Translations under genes and position numbers: made by a program
The notes under the pieces: model-generated
Told to the model about the DNA's origin: nothing
The model's database searches: none
What the model saw: the letters and a program-made list of their open reading frames with translations, nothing else
NCBI GenBank assembly: GCA_963762145.1
Contig: CAVXJS010000014.1
Location: 609,774-673,773 of the forward strand
DNA from: an uncultured Candidatus Rokubacteria bacterium
Lineage (GTDB): Bacteria > Methylomirabilota > Methylomirabilia > Rokubacteriales > CSP1-6
Reading direction: 5' to 3'
Length of the DNA stretch: 64,000 nucleotides
In this document: positions 48,863 to 60,063 of the stretch, piece after piece
Position numbering within the stretch: the stretch's first letter is position 1
How the letters are laid out: every line of letters begins with the position of its first letter

Positions 48863-49388
48863 ATGACGCCGAAACCTCTGGAGCCGCCCGCCGTCGCCAC
48901 CCTCCTGCAATCCGCGGCCGCCACGATCCACGCGGAGCTGTCCGCGCTCCCCGTCCCGGTGCTCGAGTTCCACCCGGCCCAGGGCGAGTGGTGCGCGAAG
49001 GAGGTGCTCGGTCACCTGATCGAGTGCGAGAAGCGCGGCTTCTCGGGCCGGATCCGCATCATCCTGAAGAGCGACGAGAGCCCGGCGCTCGAGGGCTGGG
49101 ACCAGGACGCGGTCGCGCGCGCCCGGAAGGACTGCGCGCGCGACTGGCCCGCGCTCTATCACGAGTTCCTCCAGCTCCGGAGCGCCAGCGTCACGCAGGT
49201 CGCCGGCTCTCGCAGCGGCCGACCTGGCGCGCCGCGGGCAACACCCCAAGGTCGGCGCCCTCACGGTGGCCGACCTGCTCCACGAGTGGGTGCACCACGA
49301 CCGCAACCACATCCGCCAGATGCTGGCCAACGTGCAGGCGTACGCCTGGCCGCACATGGGCAACGCGCAGCGCTTCTCGCATCCCTAG
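48863..49388 (+). CDS. DinB family protein; frameshift near 49210
   Basis: GEWCAKEVLGHL, WDQD; HDRNH in an adjacent frame. Confidence 0.85.
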
Positions 49389-50635
49389 CCGCGCCCTCCG
49401 CCGATCGCGCGGCCGCCTGGGCCACCGCCCGCTCGTCGATCACCCCGTCGGCCGGGCACCACCGGGACCGGGCCGTCCAGGAGGTGGGGGTAGCGGAGCC
49501 CGGTGGCGGTGTTGAACACCACCACCCGCGAGGAGCGGTCGAGCTGGCCGTCCTTGACCATGCGGCGGACGGCGGCCACGGTGGCTCCGCCCTCGGGGGA
49601 GAGGAAGAGCCCCTCCTGGCGGTTGACCCAGCCCGTGAAGTGGAGGGTCTCCTGGTCGGGGACGCCCACCGCCCAGCCCCGGGTGGCCGCGGAGGGCTTT
49701 CAGGATCAGGTAATCGGCGAACGGCTTCACCACCATGATGCCGGGCGCGATGGTGTCGACGTGGCGGGCCCCCAGGCACTCGTCCAGGCCCTCGTGGAAG
49801 GCCTTGACCACCGCGCCCCCCTCGACCTGCACCGAGACCAGCCGGGGCCGCCGGGGACCGATCCACCCCAGCTCCTCCAGCTCGTCGAAGACCTTCCACA
49901 TCCCGATGATCCCGACCCCGCCGCCGGTCGGGTACAGGATGGCGTCGGGCACCTCCCAGCCGAGCTGCTCGGCGATCTCGATACCCATGGTCTTCTTGCC
50001 CTCGACGCGGTAGGGCTCGCGGCCGGCCCCGGCGTGGAGCCAGCCGTGGCGCCGGGCGGCCTCGGTCATGATCCGGAAGACGTCACCCACGGTGCCGTCC
50101 ACCCGGTAGACGTGGGCCCCGTTGGACAGGCTGCCCTTCCAGCCGAGCTCCGGGCACTCCACCGGAAGGGCGGTGTGGATCTCCACTCCGGCCCGGGCCC
50201 CGTAGGCCGACCAGGCGTGGCCGCCGCTGCCGACGGTGGGCTGGGCGAAGCGGGTGTGGCCCAGCTCCTTCCAGCGGGAGATGGACGCCGAGGCGCCGCG
50301 GGCCTTGAAGGTACCGGTGGGGTTCATCCCCTCGTCCTTGACCCACAGCTCGCCAACCCCGACCTCGCGGGCCGCCTTGGGCACCGGGATCATGGGGGTG
50401 AAGCCCTCGCCCATGGTGACGATGGAGGCGTCGTCGCGGAGCGGCAGGAGCTCCCGGTAGCGCCACATGGTGGGGGCCCGGCGGGCGATCTCCTCGCGGG
50501 TCACCGCCTTCCGGATGGCCGGGAGGTCATAGCGGACCAGCAGCGTCGCCCCGCACTCGCAGACCGCCCGCGCCGAGTCCCCCGCGTAGTACGCCTTGCA
50601 CTCGCGCACTCCAGCCCCGCCAGGTACCCTGCCAT
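49385..50635 (-). CDS. Threonine synthase-like PLP-dependent enzyme (fold II); frameshifts near 50610 and 49680
   Basis: MWRYRELLP, GEG.TP, NPTGTFKARG, EGKKTMG.E, PTGGG, PEGGA. Confidence 0.85.
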
Positions 50636-50681
50636 CTCGCTCCTCCCCCTCGAAGTGCCCGCTACCTTAGCACGCCCCTCT

Positions 50682-50790
50682 GGGGTCAGATCTGGGGTCT
50701 CAACGGTTCGAGCGGGACATCAGCCCTCGACCTCGCGCTTCGCGCGCCCCCGCCCAACGGTGAACTGTCTAGACCCTAAAGCCTGACCCC
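50682..50790. repeat. Degenerate inverted-repeat element related to family B
   Basis: GGGGTCAGATCTGGGGTCTCAACGGTTC ... GAACTGTCTAGACCCTAAAGCCTGACCCC. Confidence 0.65.
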
Positions 50791-50792
50791 GG

Positions 50793-51639
50793 CTAGCGGA
50801 GGCGGGGCTCGAGGAGGTCGCGGATGGCGTCGCCGACGACGTTGAGGGAGAGGACCAGGGTCATGATGGCCAGGCCGGGGAAGGTGGCCAGCCACCAGCC
50901 GGTCACGAGGTACTCCTTGCCGTCGGCCAGGGCCATGCCCCAGGTGGGGGTGGGTGGAGGGACGCCGAGTCCGAGGAAGCTGAGGGTGGACTCCAGGACG
51001 ATCAGCCGCCCGACCTCGGCGGTCATGATGACCAGGGCGTAGGAGACCACGCTGGGCAGGACGTGGCGCAGGAGGACCCGGCCCGGGTGGCCCCCAGGCT
51101 GATGGCCCCCAGCACGAACTCCGTCTCCCGCAGGGCCAGGGCCTGGCCGCGCACCACCCGGGCGTAGGTCACCCACCCGCTGAGGGCCAGGATGACCAGG
51201 AGGTTCTGGAGGCTCGGCCCCAGGACCGCGATGACCGTGATGGCCATGAGGAGGAAGGGGAAGGCCAGCTGGACGTCGATCAGCTTGGCCACCACCGCGT
51301 CGACCCGGCCCCGCAGGAACCCGGCCAGGAGGCCCAGGGTCGAGCCCTACCGTCCCGCCCAGGAGCGTCGACGACGACGCCCACCAGGAGTGACACCCGG
51401 GCGCCGTAGAGGAGCCGGCTCAGGATGTCCCGGCCCTGCTGGTCGGTGCCCAGGAGGTGGGCCCGGCTCCCCTCGGTCATGAAGGCCGGGGGCTTGAGCC
51501 GGGCCGAGAGGTCCCCCCGGGTCGGCGGGTAGGGGGCCAGCTGCGGAGCCAGGACCGCGCAGGCGACCGCCACCACCACCGGCACCGCCGCCACCAGGAG
51601 CCCCAGGGACAGGCGGAGCCGTCGGCCGGCCCGGGGCAC
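50793..51639 (-). CDS. Peptide/nickel ABC permease (DppC-like); frameshifts near 51350 and 51080
   Basis: HLLGTDQQGRD, LAFP.LL, LSFLGLG..PPTPTWG in successive frames. Confidence 0.85.
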
Positions 51640-51646
51640 GGGCGGC

Positions 51647-52567
51647 TCAGCTCCGAACCTTCACCCGCGGATCCAGCCAGGCGTAGGCCACGTCGACCAG
51701 GAGGTTGGCGCTGACGAACACCATGGCCAGCACGAAGACCGCGGCCTCGACCAGCGGGAAGTCCCGGTTGTAGATCCCGAAGATCAGGAGCCGCCCCACC
51801 CCGGGCCAGGCGAAGATCATCTCGCACACCAGGGCTCCGCCCAGGAGCAGCCCGAACTGGAGCCCCACGAAGGTGACCACCGGGATGGTGGCGTTGCGGA
51901 AGGCATGGCCCAGGACCACCCGCCACTCCCGCAGCCCCTTGGCGCGGGCCGTCCGCACGTAGTCGGCGTCCAGCACCTCCAGCATCCCGGCCCGGACCAG
52001 CCGGGCGATGGCCGCCATGGGGTAGCTGGCCAGGGCCAGGGCCGGCATGACCAGGTGCCGCCAGGTCCCGTAGCCGGTGGTGGGGAGGACACCCAGGGTC
52101 ACGGCCAGGACCAGCATCAGCATGAGCCCGGTCCAGAAGATGGGCGCCGACTGGCCAAGGGCGGCCAGGGTGATGGCCGCGTGATCCACCAGGGTGCCCC
52201 GCCTCACGGCAGCCACGATGCCCAGTGGCACCGCCACCACCACCGCTAGGACCAGCGAGGCCCCGGCCAGGAGGAGCGAGGCCGGCAGCCGCTCCAGGAC
52301 CAGCCGGAGGGCCGGCTGCTGGTGCTGGAGCGAGACCCCGAAGTCGCCGCGCACCAGCTTGCCCAGGAAGCGCCAGTACTGGACGTGGAGCGGCTGGTCG
52401 AGGCCCAGGCTCCGGGTCAGGGCCTCCACCTCCTCCTGGGACGGGTTCGGGGGCAGGAGCATCATCACCGGGTCCCCGGTCATGTGGAGGACCACGAACA
52501 CCAGGGTCAGGACGGCCAGGGCCACGATGGCCGTGTGGCCGAGCTTGCCGAGGAGGAAGTCGCGCAT
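51647..52567 (-). CDS. Peptide/nickel ABC permease (DppB-like)
   Basis: GLDQPL.VQY, DYVRTARAKGL, FAWPGVG, DPR. Confidence 0.92.
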   Translation of the reverse strand: MRDFLLGKLGHTAIVALAVLTLVFVVLHMTGDPVMMLLPPNPSQEEVEALTRSLGLDQPLHVQYWRFLGKLVRGDFGVSLQHQQPALRLVLERLPASLLLAGASLVLAVVVAVPLGIVAAVRRGTLVDHAAITLAALGQSAPIFWTGLMLMLVLAVTLGVLPTTGYGTWRHLVMPALALASYPMAAIARLVRAGMLEVLDADYVRTARAKGLREWRVVLGHAFRNATIPVVTFVGLQFGLLLGGALVCEMIFAWPGVGRLLIFGIYNRDFPLVEAAVFVLAMVFVSANLLVDVAYAWLDPRVKVRS

Positions 52568-52634
52568 GGCCGCTGGCCGGTAGGAGGGCGGGACCGGCGC
52601 CGGCCCAGGAGGACCGGCGCCGGTCGGCCGGCGG

Positions 52635-54164
52635 CTACTTGAAGCTGATGTCGTTGACGATGATGCGCTGGTCGCCGCGGGCCTTGTAGGCCACCTCGTT
52701 CCGGGCGGCGTCGATCAGCTCGCCCTGGAACAGGAACAGCTCCACCGCCTCGTCGTGGTAGATCTGGGCCGCCTCGTGGTAGTTCCGGAGGCGCTTCTGG
52801 GGTTCCAGGCTGTAGCGGGCCTCTTCCATGAGGGTGTGGAAGCGGGTGCCCTCGGCGCCGCCGGGCCAGATCTTCTGGACGATGCCTCCCGGGCCCCGGA
52901 GGCGCCACAGGACGCCGTCGGTGTCGTAGGTGGTGCTGGCGGGATCGGCGAGCAGGAGCCCGGGGAAGGTGTTGGTGCGGAGGAGCTGGAGGCGGTTGGC
53001 CGGCTCCAGGACGCCCACCTTGGCCCGGATGCCCACGTCGGCCAGCATGGTGGCCACCGCCTCGGTGAGCTGCTTGTCGTTCAGGTGGATGCCGTTCCCG
53101 CTCTGGATGTCGATGTCCACCCCGTTGGGGAAGCCGGCCTCGGCCAGGAGCGCTTGGCCCGGGCCGGGTCGTAGGGATACGGCTTGACCTGGGGGTTGAA
53201 GCCGAAGTCGGTGTTGGGGACGCCCTGGCCGACCGGCACGGCGAAGCCCTTGTAGAGCTCCTTGACGATCTTGTCCTTGTCGACCGCGTAGTTCAGGGCC
53301 TGGCGGACTTTGGCGTTGGCCAGGGGGCCCTTCTGGGCGTTGATGAGGTACACGTGGACCAGGTTGGTGAGGGTGTGCTCGACCCGGCAGCAGCCGGCCT
53401 TCTCCAGCTGGGCCACGTGGTCGGGGAGGACCTTGGTGGCCAGCTGGACCTCGCCCCGGGTCAGGGCGGCCACCCGGGCGAAGTTGTCGGGGATGGGCCG
53501 CCAGATCGACCTTCTTGATCTTGGGGGCGCCGCCCCAGTAGCCGTCGAAGGCCTCCAGCACCAGCCGGTCGTCCTTCACCCACTCGGCGAGGCGGTAGGG
53601 GCCAGTGCCCACCGGCTTCGTGGCCGAAGGCCGCCCAGTCCACCTGCTTCAGGTACTGGGGCGGCAGCATCTGCCCCCGTAGCCGGCGAAGCGCTTGACC
53701 AGGAGGGGGTCGGGCTTACTGGTGATCACGTTGATGGTGTAGGGGTCGACCACCTCGGCCCGCTCGATGGTGGCGAAGCCGCCGTACACCTGGTGGACGC
53801 CCTTGGTGATCAGGCGGTCGATGGTGAACTTGGCCGCCTCGGCGTTGAAGGGCTCGCCGTTGTGGAACTTGACCTTCTGCCGGAGCTTGAACTGCCAGGT
53901 GTGCGGATCGACGCTCCGCCAGGAGAGGGCCAGCTGGGGGACGAGCTTGCCGATGTCCTTGGGGTCCCAGGTCACCAGGGCGTCGTAGAGGTTGTAGAAG
54001 AGGTTCAGGTTGTGGATCTGGGTGGCCTGGGTGGGATCCAGCGTCATGATGTCGGCGCCCTGGGCGATGACCAGGTCCTGAGCGATGGCGGGGCCGGCGG
54101 GGAGCGCGCCCGCGAGCAGGGTCAGGCAGAGACCGAGCGTGACGGCGAGAACGGTGCGTGGCAT
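52635..54164 (-). CDS. Peptide/nickel ABC substrate-binding protein (DppA-like); several frameshifts
   Basis: TLDP, LRQKVKFHNGEPF, GTGPY, VRQALNYAVD, LAEAGFPNG. Confidence 0.85.
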
Positions 54165-54201
54165 CAGGGTGACCTCCTTGGAATGAGCACGACGGTGACG
54201 A

Positions 54202-55380
54202 TCAGAACGGCCAGCTGCCATAGCGGCCCTGGAGCATCGGCGGGCGCCCGAAGCGCTCGGATGAGAAGGGGGCGGCGTCGACCACCGATACGCGGCCGTC
54301 GACCACCAGCTCCGCGACCATCTCGCCGATGACCGGCGAGTGCTTGAACCCGTGCCCGCTGAAGCCGAGCGCGTGGACGAGCCCGGGGACCTTCGGGCTG
54401 CGCTCGATGACGAAGTGCAGGTCGGGGGTCAGATCGTAGACCGAGGCGTAGCCGCCGACCGCCTCCGCGTCGGCGAATCCCGGGAAGCGGCGCGCGGCGG
54501 CCTCCGCGGTCCACGCCACGCGGTCCGCGTCCACCCGCTCGGAGAAGGCGTCGGGATCGGCGGGCGCGCTGACCCCGGCGCGATTGCGGGTGCCGACCAG
54601 CACGAGGCCGCCCGTCTCCGGCCGGTAGTACGCGCGCTCCACCATGTCCACCAGGACCGGGCGCGGGGCGGCCGCGTCCGCCCGGGGCCGCAGGATCACG
54701 AGCTGCTGCCGGCTCGCCACGATCGGGAGGTCCACGCCGACCGCGCGCGAGAGCGCCGCGCCCCAGGGCCCGGCCGCGTTCACGACGGTGGCCGTCTCCA
54801 CCGGGCCGGCGGACGTGCGAACGCCCGAGATCCGCCCGCCCGTCACCGTGAAGCCCTCCACGTGGCAGTCCTGGCGGATCTCGACGCCCAGCTCGCGGGC
54901 GCGCGCCGCGTAGGCCTGGCTGACGCCGGCCGGATCGCCGTAGCCGGTGTCGGTCTCCCAGGCCGCGCCGCCCAGACCCTCGACCGAGAGCCCGGGCACC
55001 ACGCGCGCGAGATCGCGCGGGGCCAGCTCCTCCACCTTGACCCCGAGGCGCTGCATCATGGCGATCGTGTCGCGCATGGCCGGCACGTCTTCCGGCGCGA
55101 GCGCCATCACGAGCCCGCAGCGGGTGATCTCGGCCGGGCGGCCGGTCAACTCCTCGAAGTTGTCGTAGGCCTCGAACGAGCGCGCGGCCATCCGGGCGTA
55201 GAGCTCGATCGAGTAGTGGCGGCGCAGCAGCGCGCTCGATCGCCCGGTGGGGCCGGAGGCGACGTGGCGCTTCTCGAGCAGCACGATGCGGCCGGCCCGC
55301 CGGCGCGCGAGCTGCAGCGCGATGGAGGTGCCCATCACGCCGCCGCCCACGATGACGACGTCAGCGGTCGCGGCGGCCAC
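54202..55380 (-). CDS. FAD-dependent oxidoreductase (DAO/sarcosine oxidase beta-like)
   Basis: VIVGGGVMG, NAAGPW, TPD, GFSGHGFK. Confidence 0.9.
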   Translation of the reverse strand: MAAATADVVIVGGGVMGTSIALQLARRRAGRIVLLEKRHVASGPTGRSSALLRRHYSIELYARMAARSFEAYDNFEELTGRPAEITRCGLVMALAPEDVPAMRDTIAMMQRLGVKVEELAPRDLARVVPGLSVEGLGGAAWETDTGYGDPAGVSQAYAARARELGVEIRQDCHVEGFTVTGGRISGVRTSAGPVETATVVNAAGPWGAALSRAVGVDLPIVASRQQLVILRPRADAAAPRPVLVDMVERAYYRPETGGLVLVGTRNRAGVSAPADPDAFSERVDADRVAWTAEAAARRFPGFADAEAVGGYASVYDLTPDLHFVIERSPKVPGLVHALGFSGHGFKHSPVIGEMVAELVVDGRVSVVDAAPFSSERFGRPPMLQGRYGSWPF

Positions 55381-55383
55381 CGG

Positions 55384-56306
55384 CTACCCGTAGACCGGGA
55401 CGCGCCACTCGGGATGCGGCGCCGAGCCGTCGCGGACTGAACGGAAATAGGCGTCGCGAACCTTGGCGGTGAGCGGCCCCATCACGCCCTCGCCGACCGG
55501 GCGGCGGTCGATGGACAGGATCGGCGTGACCTCGGCGGCGGTGCCCGCGAAGAACGCCTCGTCGGCCACGTAGAGCTCGGTGCGGTCGATCTCGCGCTGC
55601 TCCACCGTCACCCCGAGCGATTCCGGGAACAGGGTGAGCAGGGTGGCGCGGGTGACCCCTTCCAGGATGTTGCTCGTCACCGACGGGGTCATCGGCCGGT
55701 CCTCGGTGACCAGGAAGAGCGTGTAGCCGGGCCCCTCGGCCACGCTGCCGTCCTGGTTGAGCATGATCGCGTCGTGGTAGCCGTCGGTCTTCGCCTGGAG
55801 GAGGGCGAGCCGGCTGTTCTGGTAGTTGGCCGCCGCCTTCACCCGGGCCGGGATCGGCGTTGTCGGCGGTGCGGTGCCACGAGCTCACCCCCACGTGGAG
55901 GCCGGCGGTCTCGAAGTACCGGGTCGTCGGGATGGGCGCGATCACGTAGCCCACCGGCTCGCGCGAGGCCAGCCCGCCGTCGTCGGTGTCCACGAAGACG
56001 ATCAGGCGGACGTGCAGGTCCTCGTGAAGATCGTTGGCCCGGATGATCGGTCGAGCGTCTCGCGCTCGAGCCGGGCCGCGTCCGCGGGCAGGGGAATGCG
56101 GGCGATCTTGGCCGACCGCTCGAGGCGCCGCAGGTGCTCGCGCGGAGCGGAACACGTAGAGCTGGCTGGTCCGCGTCGCTCCAGTAGGCGCGCATCGCCT
56201 CGTAGACGCTCGCCGCGTACTTCATCGCGGTGGAGAGCACGTGGACGCGCGCGTCCTCGTAGGGGACGATCTTGCCGCACATGTTCAGGAGGCGGGGCTT
56301 GGCCAT
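55384..56306 (-). CDS. Class IV (branched-chain-like) aminotransferase; several frameshifts
   Basis: YEAMRAY, HLRRL, KAAANY, EGPG, ILEGVTR, GTAAE. Confidence 0.85.
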
Positions 56307-56397
56307 GATCGGACTCGCGGATGAAGATGATGGTCGTGGGTGGGCCCATGTATACCAGCAATGGGTAGCGTTGCCAATTGCGCGGTCGGCCTTCGCC

Positions 56398-56426
56398 TTG
56401 ACAGCCGGCGAAGCCGAGCCTAGTCT
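56398..56426 (+). promoter_or_regulatory. sigma70-type promoter
   Basis: TTGACA-N17-TAGTCT. Confidence 0.65.
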
Positions 56427-56478
56427 TTGCTCGTTCACGACGCGACGCTCGCGACTCTCACCGAGACGAGGTATTGCC

Positions 56479-57801
56479 ATGGCCGACACCGTGAAGACCC
56501 GCTCCGCCGAAGAGACCAAGCTGCTCGACCGCGCCCGCCAGCGCCTGCCCGGCGGCGTGCTGGGCACCTCCCGCTACGCCGACGACGTGGGCTTCGTGGT
56601 CAAGCACGGCAAGGGCTCGAAGATCTACGACGTGAGCGGCCGCGAGTACATCGACTACGTGATGGCCTCCGGCCCGATGGTGCTGGGCCACGCCCACCCC
56701 GCGGTGGTCGCCGCGGTGCGCGCGCAGCTCGAGGCCGGCACGACCTACTTCATGGTGACCGAGCCGATCATCGAGCTCGCCGAGGAGATCTGCCGCGCGG
56801 TGCCGTGCGCGGAGCAGGTGCGCTTCACCTCGACGGGCTCGGAGGCCACTTTCTTCGCGCTGCGCGTCGCGCGCACCGCGCGGCAGCGCGACAAGATCCT
56901 CAAGTTCGAGGGCGGCTACCACGGCGCCCACGACTATTCGATGATGAGCTCGGCCCCGCGCTCGCCCAAGGCCTTCCCCGCGCCGGTGCCCGATTCGTCG
57001 GGCATCCCGCGCGCACTGGAGGATGAGGTGCTGGTCGCGCCCTTCAACGACCTGGCGACCGTCGAGGGCATCGTGGCCACCCACGCCGACGAGCTCGCCG
57101 CGGTGATCGTCGAGCCCTTCCAGCGGCTGATTCCGCCGCAGCCCGGCTTCCTGCAGGGCCTGCGCGAGATCACGCGGCGCCACGGCATCCTGCTGGTATT
57201 CGACGAGGTCGTCACCGGCTTCCGCCTCGCCTACGGCGGCGCCCAGCAGTACTACGGCGTGGTGCCCGACATCGCCTGCGTCGGCAAGATCGTCGGCGGC
57301 GGCTTCCCGCTCGCCGCGGTCTGCGCCTCCGCCGAGCTGATGCAGCCCTTCGATCCGGGGCAGGACGGCAAGGGCGACTTCATCTCGCAATCCGGCACGC
57401 TCAACGGCAACCCCATCGCCGCCGTCGCCGGCCTGGCCACCCTGGCCGAGCTGCGCAAGCCCGGCGCTTACGAGACCTTCCACGGCACCGGCCGGCGCCT
57501 GATGACCGGCCTCGCCGACCTGGCCCAGCGGTCGGGCCTCCCGGCCCAGGTGGTGGGCGAGCCCGTGCTCTTCGACATCCTCTTCACCGGCGAGCCCGTC
57601 ACCGACTACCGGTCGCTGCAGAAGGCCGACGGCGCCCTGGCCCGCACCTTCACCACCGAGCTGATCAAGCGCGGGGTGGTGAAGAACACCCAGAAGATGT
57701 ACATGTCCCTGGCCCACGGCGCCGCCGACGTGGACCGGACGCTCGAGGCCTGCGAGGCCGCGCTGAAGGTGCTGCCGAGGAAAAAGACGCTACGATCTTG
57801 A
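56479..57801 (+). CDS. Class III aminotransferase (glutamate-1-semialdehyde aminomutase-like)
   Basis: LGHAHP, STGSEAT, GGYHG, FDEVVTGFR, GKIVGGGFP, GTLNGNP. Confidence 0.9.
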   Translation: MADTVKTRSAEETKLLDRARQRLPGGVLGTSRYADDVGFVVKHGKGSKIYDVSGREYIDYVMASGPMVLGHAHPAVVAAVRAQLEAGTTYFMVTEPIIELAEEICRAVPCAEQVRFTSTGSEATFFALRVARTARQRDKILKFEGGYHGAHDYSMMSSAPRSPKAFPAPVPDSSGIPRALEDEVLVAPFNDLATVEGIVATHADELAAVIVEPFQRLIPPQPGFLQGLREITRRHGILLVFDEVVTGFRLAYGGAQQYYGVVPDIACVGKIVGGGFPLAAVCASAELMQPFDPGQDGKGDFISQSGTLNGNPIAAVAGLATLAELRKPGAYETFHGTGRRLMTGLADLAQRSGLPAQVVGEPVLFDILFTGEPVTDYRSLQKADGALARTFTTELIKRGVVKNTQKMYMSLAHGAADVDRTLEACEAALKVLPRKKTLRS

Positions 57802-57808
57802 CCCGCCC

Positions 57809-58663
57809 GTGATCCGCCTCGCCGAGTGCACGTCTCGTGAGGCGGCGCGCCTGGCGCGCGACCCGCGCGCGCTCGTGATCCTCCCGCTGGGCGCGGTCGA
57901 GCAGCACGGCCCGCACCTGCCGCTGCTGGTGGACTGGCTCGGCGCGGAGGAGCTGGCGCGCCACGTGGCGCCGCATCTCGTGCGCGCGGGGTACCGGGTG
58001 GTGCTGGCCCCCGCGCTGCCGTACGGCGCCAGCCCGCTGGCCGAGACGTGGCCCGGCACCGTCTCGCTCTCGCGCGCGACGCTCACGCGCGTCATCGTGG
58101 AGGTGATCGGCAGCCTCGCGCGCCACGGCTTCCGGCGCTTCGTGCTCGCGAACTACCAGGCCGATCCGGCGCACGTGCGGGCGATGGGCGAGGCGAAGCG
58201 GGCGCTCACCCGGGGCGACCGGCGCCTCCGCATCCTCTTCGCAGGCTTCAGCCCGGAGGCGCGGAGCATGGCCGCGATGCTCGACCCGAGAGTGCTCAGG
58301 CTGTCACGCAGCCCGAATCCGAAGGGAGAGTGGCACGCCGGCGAGCTCGAGACCGCGCTGGTGCTGGCGCGGCGACCGGACCTGGTGCGCCAGGCGGTGG
58401 CGCGCCGGCTTCCGCCGGTGTGGGTGGACTTCCGCGCCGCGCTCCGGAAGGGAGCGCGGCGGTTCGAGCAGATCGCGCCGGGAGGCGCCGGCTACTTCGG
58501 CTGGCCCGCCGCCGCGCGGGCGGCGACCGCGAAGCGGGCGCTTGCGCTGCGGGGCAGGCTGATGGCCGGCGAGATCATCCGAACGCTCGGGCGAGCGCGC
58601 GACCCCGCCGACCGGACGCCGCCGGCCCGGGGCCGAGCCCGGTCCCGATCAGGGCGAGAATGA
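57809..58663 (+). CDS. Creatininase/creatinine amidohydrolase family protein
   Basis: PLGAVEQHGPHLP..D, HAGELET. Confidence 0.85.
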   Translation: MIRLAECTSREAARLARDPRALVILPLGAVEQHGPHLPLLVDWLGAEELARHVAPHLVRAGYRVVLAPALPYGASPLAETWPGTVSLSRATLTRVIVEVIGSLARHGFRRFVLANYQADPAHVRAMGEAKRALTRGDRRLRILFAGFSPEARSMAAMLDPRVLRLSRSPNPKGEWHAGELETALVLARRPDLVRQAVARRLPPVWVDFRAALRKGARRFEQIAPGGAGYFGWPAAARAATAKRALALRGRLMAGEIIRTLGRARDPADRTPPARGRARSRSGRE

Positions 58664-58849
58664 CGCAGACTGGAACTCGCAGAAGCCGGCGATCAGCTCG
58701 CCGCGCCACCAGCCGCCCCGGCGCTCGCAGGAGGCCTTGAGCTCGGCGTCGGTGTACGTCGGCCCCTGAGGCATGCCGCTGCAACCACTGAACAGGCCGG
58801 CCGCGGCGGCCGCCAGGAGCACCCCGAATAGAATCTTCCGGATTTTCAT
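58649..58849 (-). CDS. Small lipoprotein
   Basis: Basic N-terminus, hydrophobic core, LFSG-C lipobox, C..RGGWW..C; SD GGAGG. Confidence 0.7.
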   Translation of the reverse strand: MKIRKILFGVLLAAAAAGLFSGCSGMPQGPTYTDAELKASCERRGGWWRGELIAGFCEFQSASFSP

Positions 58850-58917
58850 GCCAGACCTCCCCTACACACAACTAGGATGCAGGGAGGCGAGTTCCGGATT
58901 CCCGGGCCGGGAAGTTC

Positions 58918-59899
58918 CTACCTGGCCAGGGCGTAGGCCTCGTCGATGAGCCGCACCGCGCGCAGGCAGTCGTGCACGCTGATCGGGGGCGCCGCGCCCC
59001 GCTGCCACGACTCCAGCGCGTCGCGGATCGCTCCGAAATAGCGCGCGTCGCTGTCGGGGGCCGGCGTGGTCTCGTCGCCCTGGGCGGTGGCCAGCTTCAG
59101 CACCCCGTCCTTCAGGGTGAGGATGGCGTCGCGGCCGGCGATCTTCCACTCGCCGTCGGTGCCGACGCGCGGGAAGCCGTTACCGACCTCGACGGTGCCC
59201 AGGATCCCGGTCGCGGAGCGCAGCAGCACCGAGGCGTAGTCCTCCACGCGCTGGCCGTGGGCGCGCGTGCTGATCTGGGCGCCGGTCACCTGCGCGTCCT
59301 CGCCGGTCAGGTAGCAGGAACATGTCGAGGCCGTGCGAGCCCAGGTTGCGCAGGCAGCCGCCGCCCGCCTCGGCGGGGTCGAGCATCCACGCCGAGTCCC
59401 ACGCCGGGTAGCGCGCGGGCGCGGGGCGATTGATGCGCACGTAGATGTGGGAGATCGGGCCGAAGCGCCCCTCGGCGAGGAGCTGGCGGGCGCGGACCGC
59501 GAAGGGCTGGTAGCGCTGGAAGAGGGGCACCGCGGCGTAGCCCTTCACGCGCGTGGCCTTCTCCGCGATGGCCTGCACCTCCGCGGCGCTGATCCCCATC
59601 GGCTTCTCCATCATGAAGGGCAGGCCGCGGTCGAGCAGGTCGTGGGCGATCTTCGCCATCTGCCGGTGGCGGCCCAGGCCCAGCACGAAGTCGGGCTTCG
59701 TCTCGGCCAGCATCTGCGGGTAGTCGGTGAAGGTCGGCGGGCTGCCCACCGCGTCCGCGCGCTTCTTCGCGAGCGCGGCGTCGCTGTCCTGCACGCCGAC
59801 GAGCACCACCTCGGGCATCGCGGAGAGATGGCGGAGATAGGCGGCGTCGTGCACGGCGTGCCAGTGCCCGACCTCGATGGCGGCGATGCGGATCGTCAT
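58918..59899 (-). CDS. Gfo/Idh/MocA family oxidoreductase; frameshift near 59315
   Basis: MEKP, GGGCLRNLGSH.LD, VED. Confidence 0.85.
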
Positions 59900-60063
59900 G
59901 AAATCCTCCGGAGGGGACGCAAGATGTGGGGCCGCGGGGAGCGTCGCATGGATGTATGGGGGCGATGGTCATCGCGAACGCCATACATGGTACGCGGCGT
60001 CGCCGCGCTACCAGATGTATGGGGAATTGACCGCGCGCCGCGAGCGGCGCGATGCTCGCGCCC

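Noticed and set aside
56479-57801. Assigning hemL
   Set aside because: Family motifs are present, but the N-terminal motif differs from the usual PGGVNSPVR and there is no tetrapyrrole gene context
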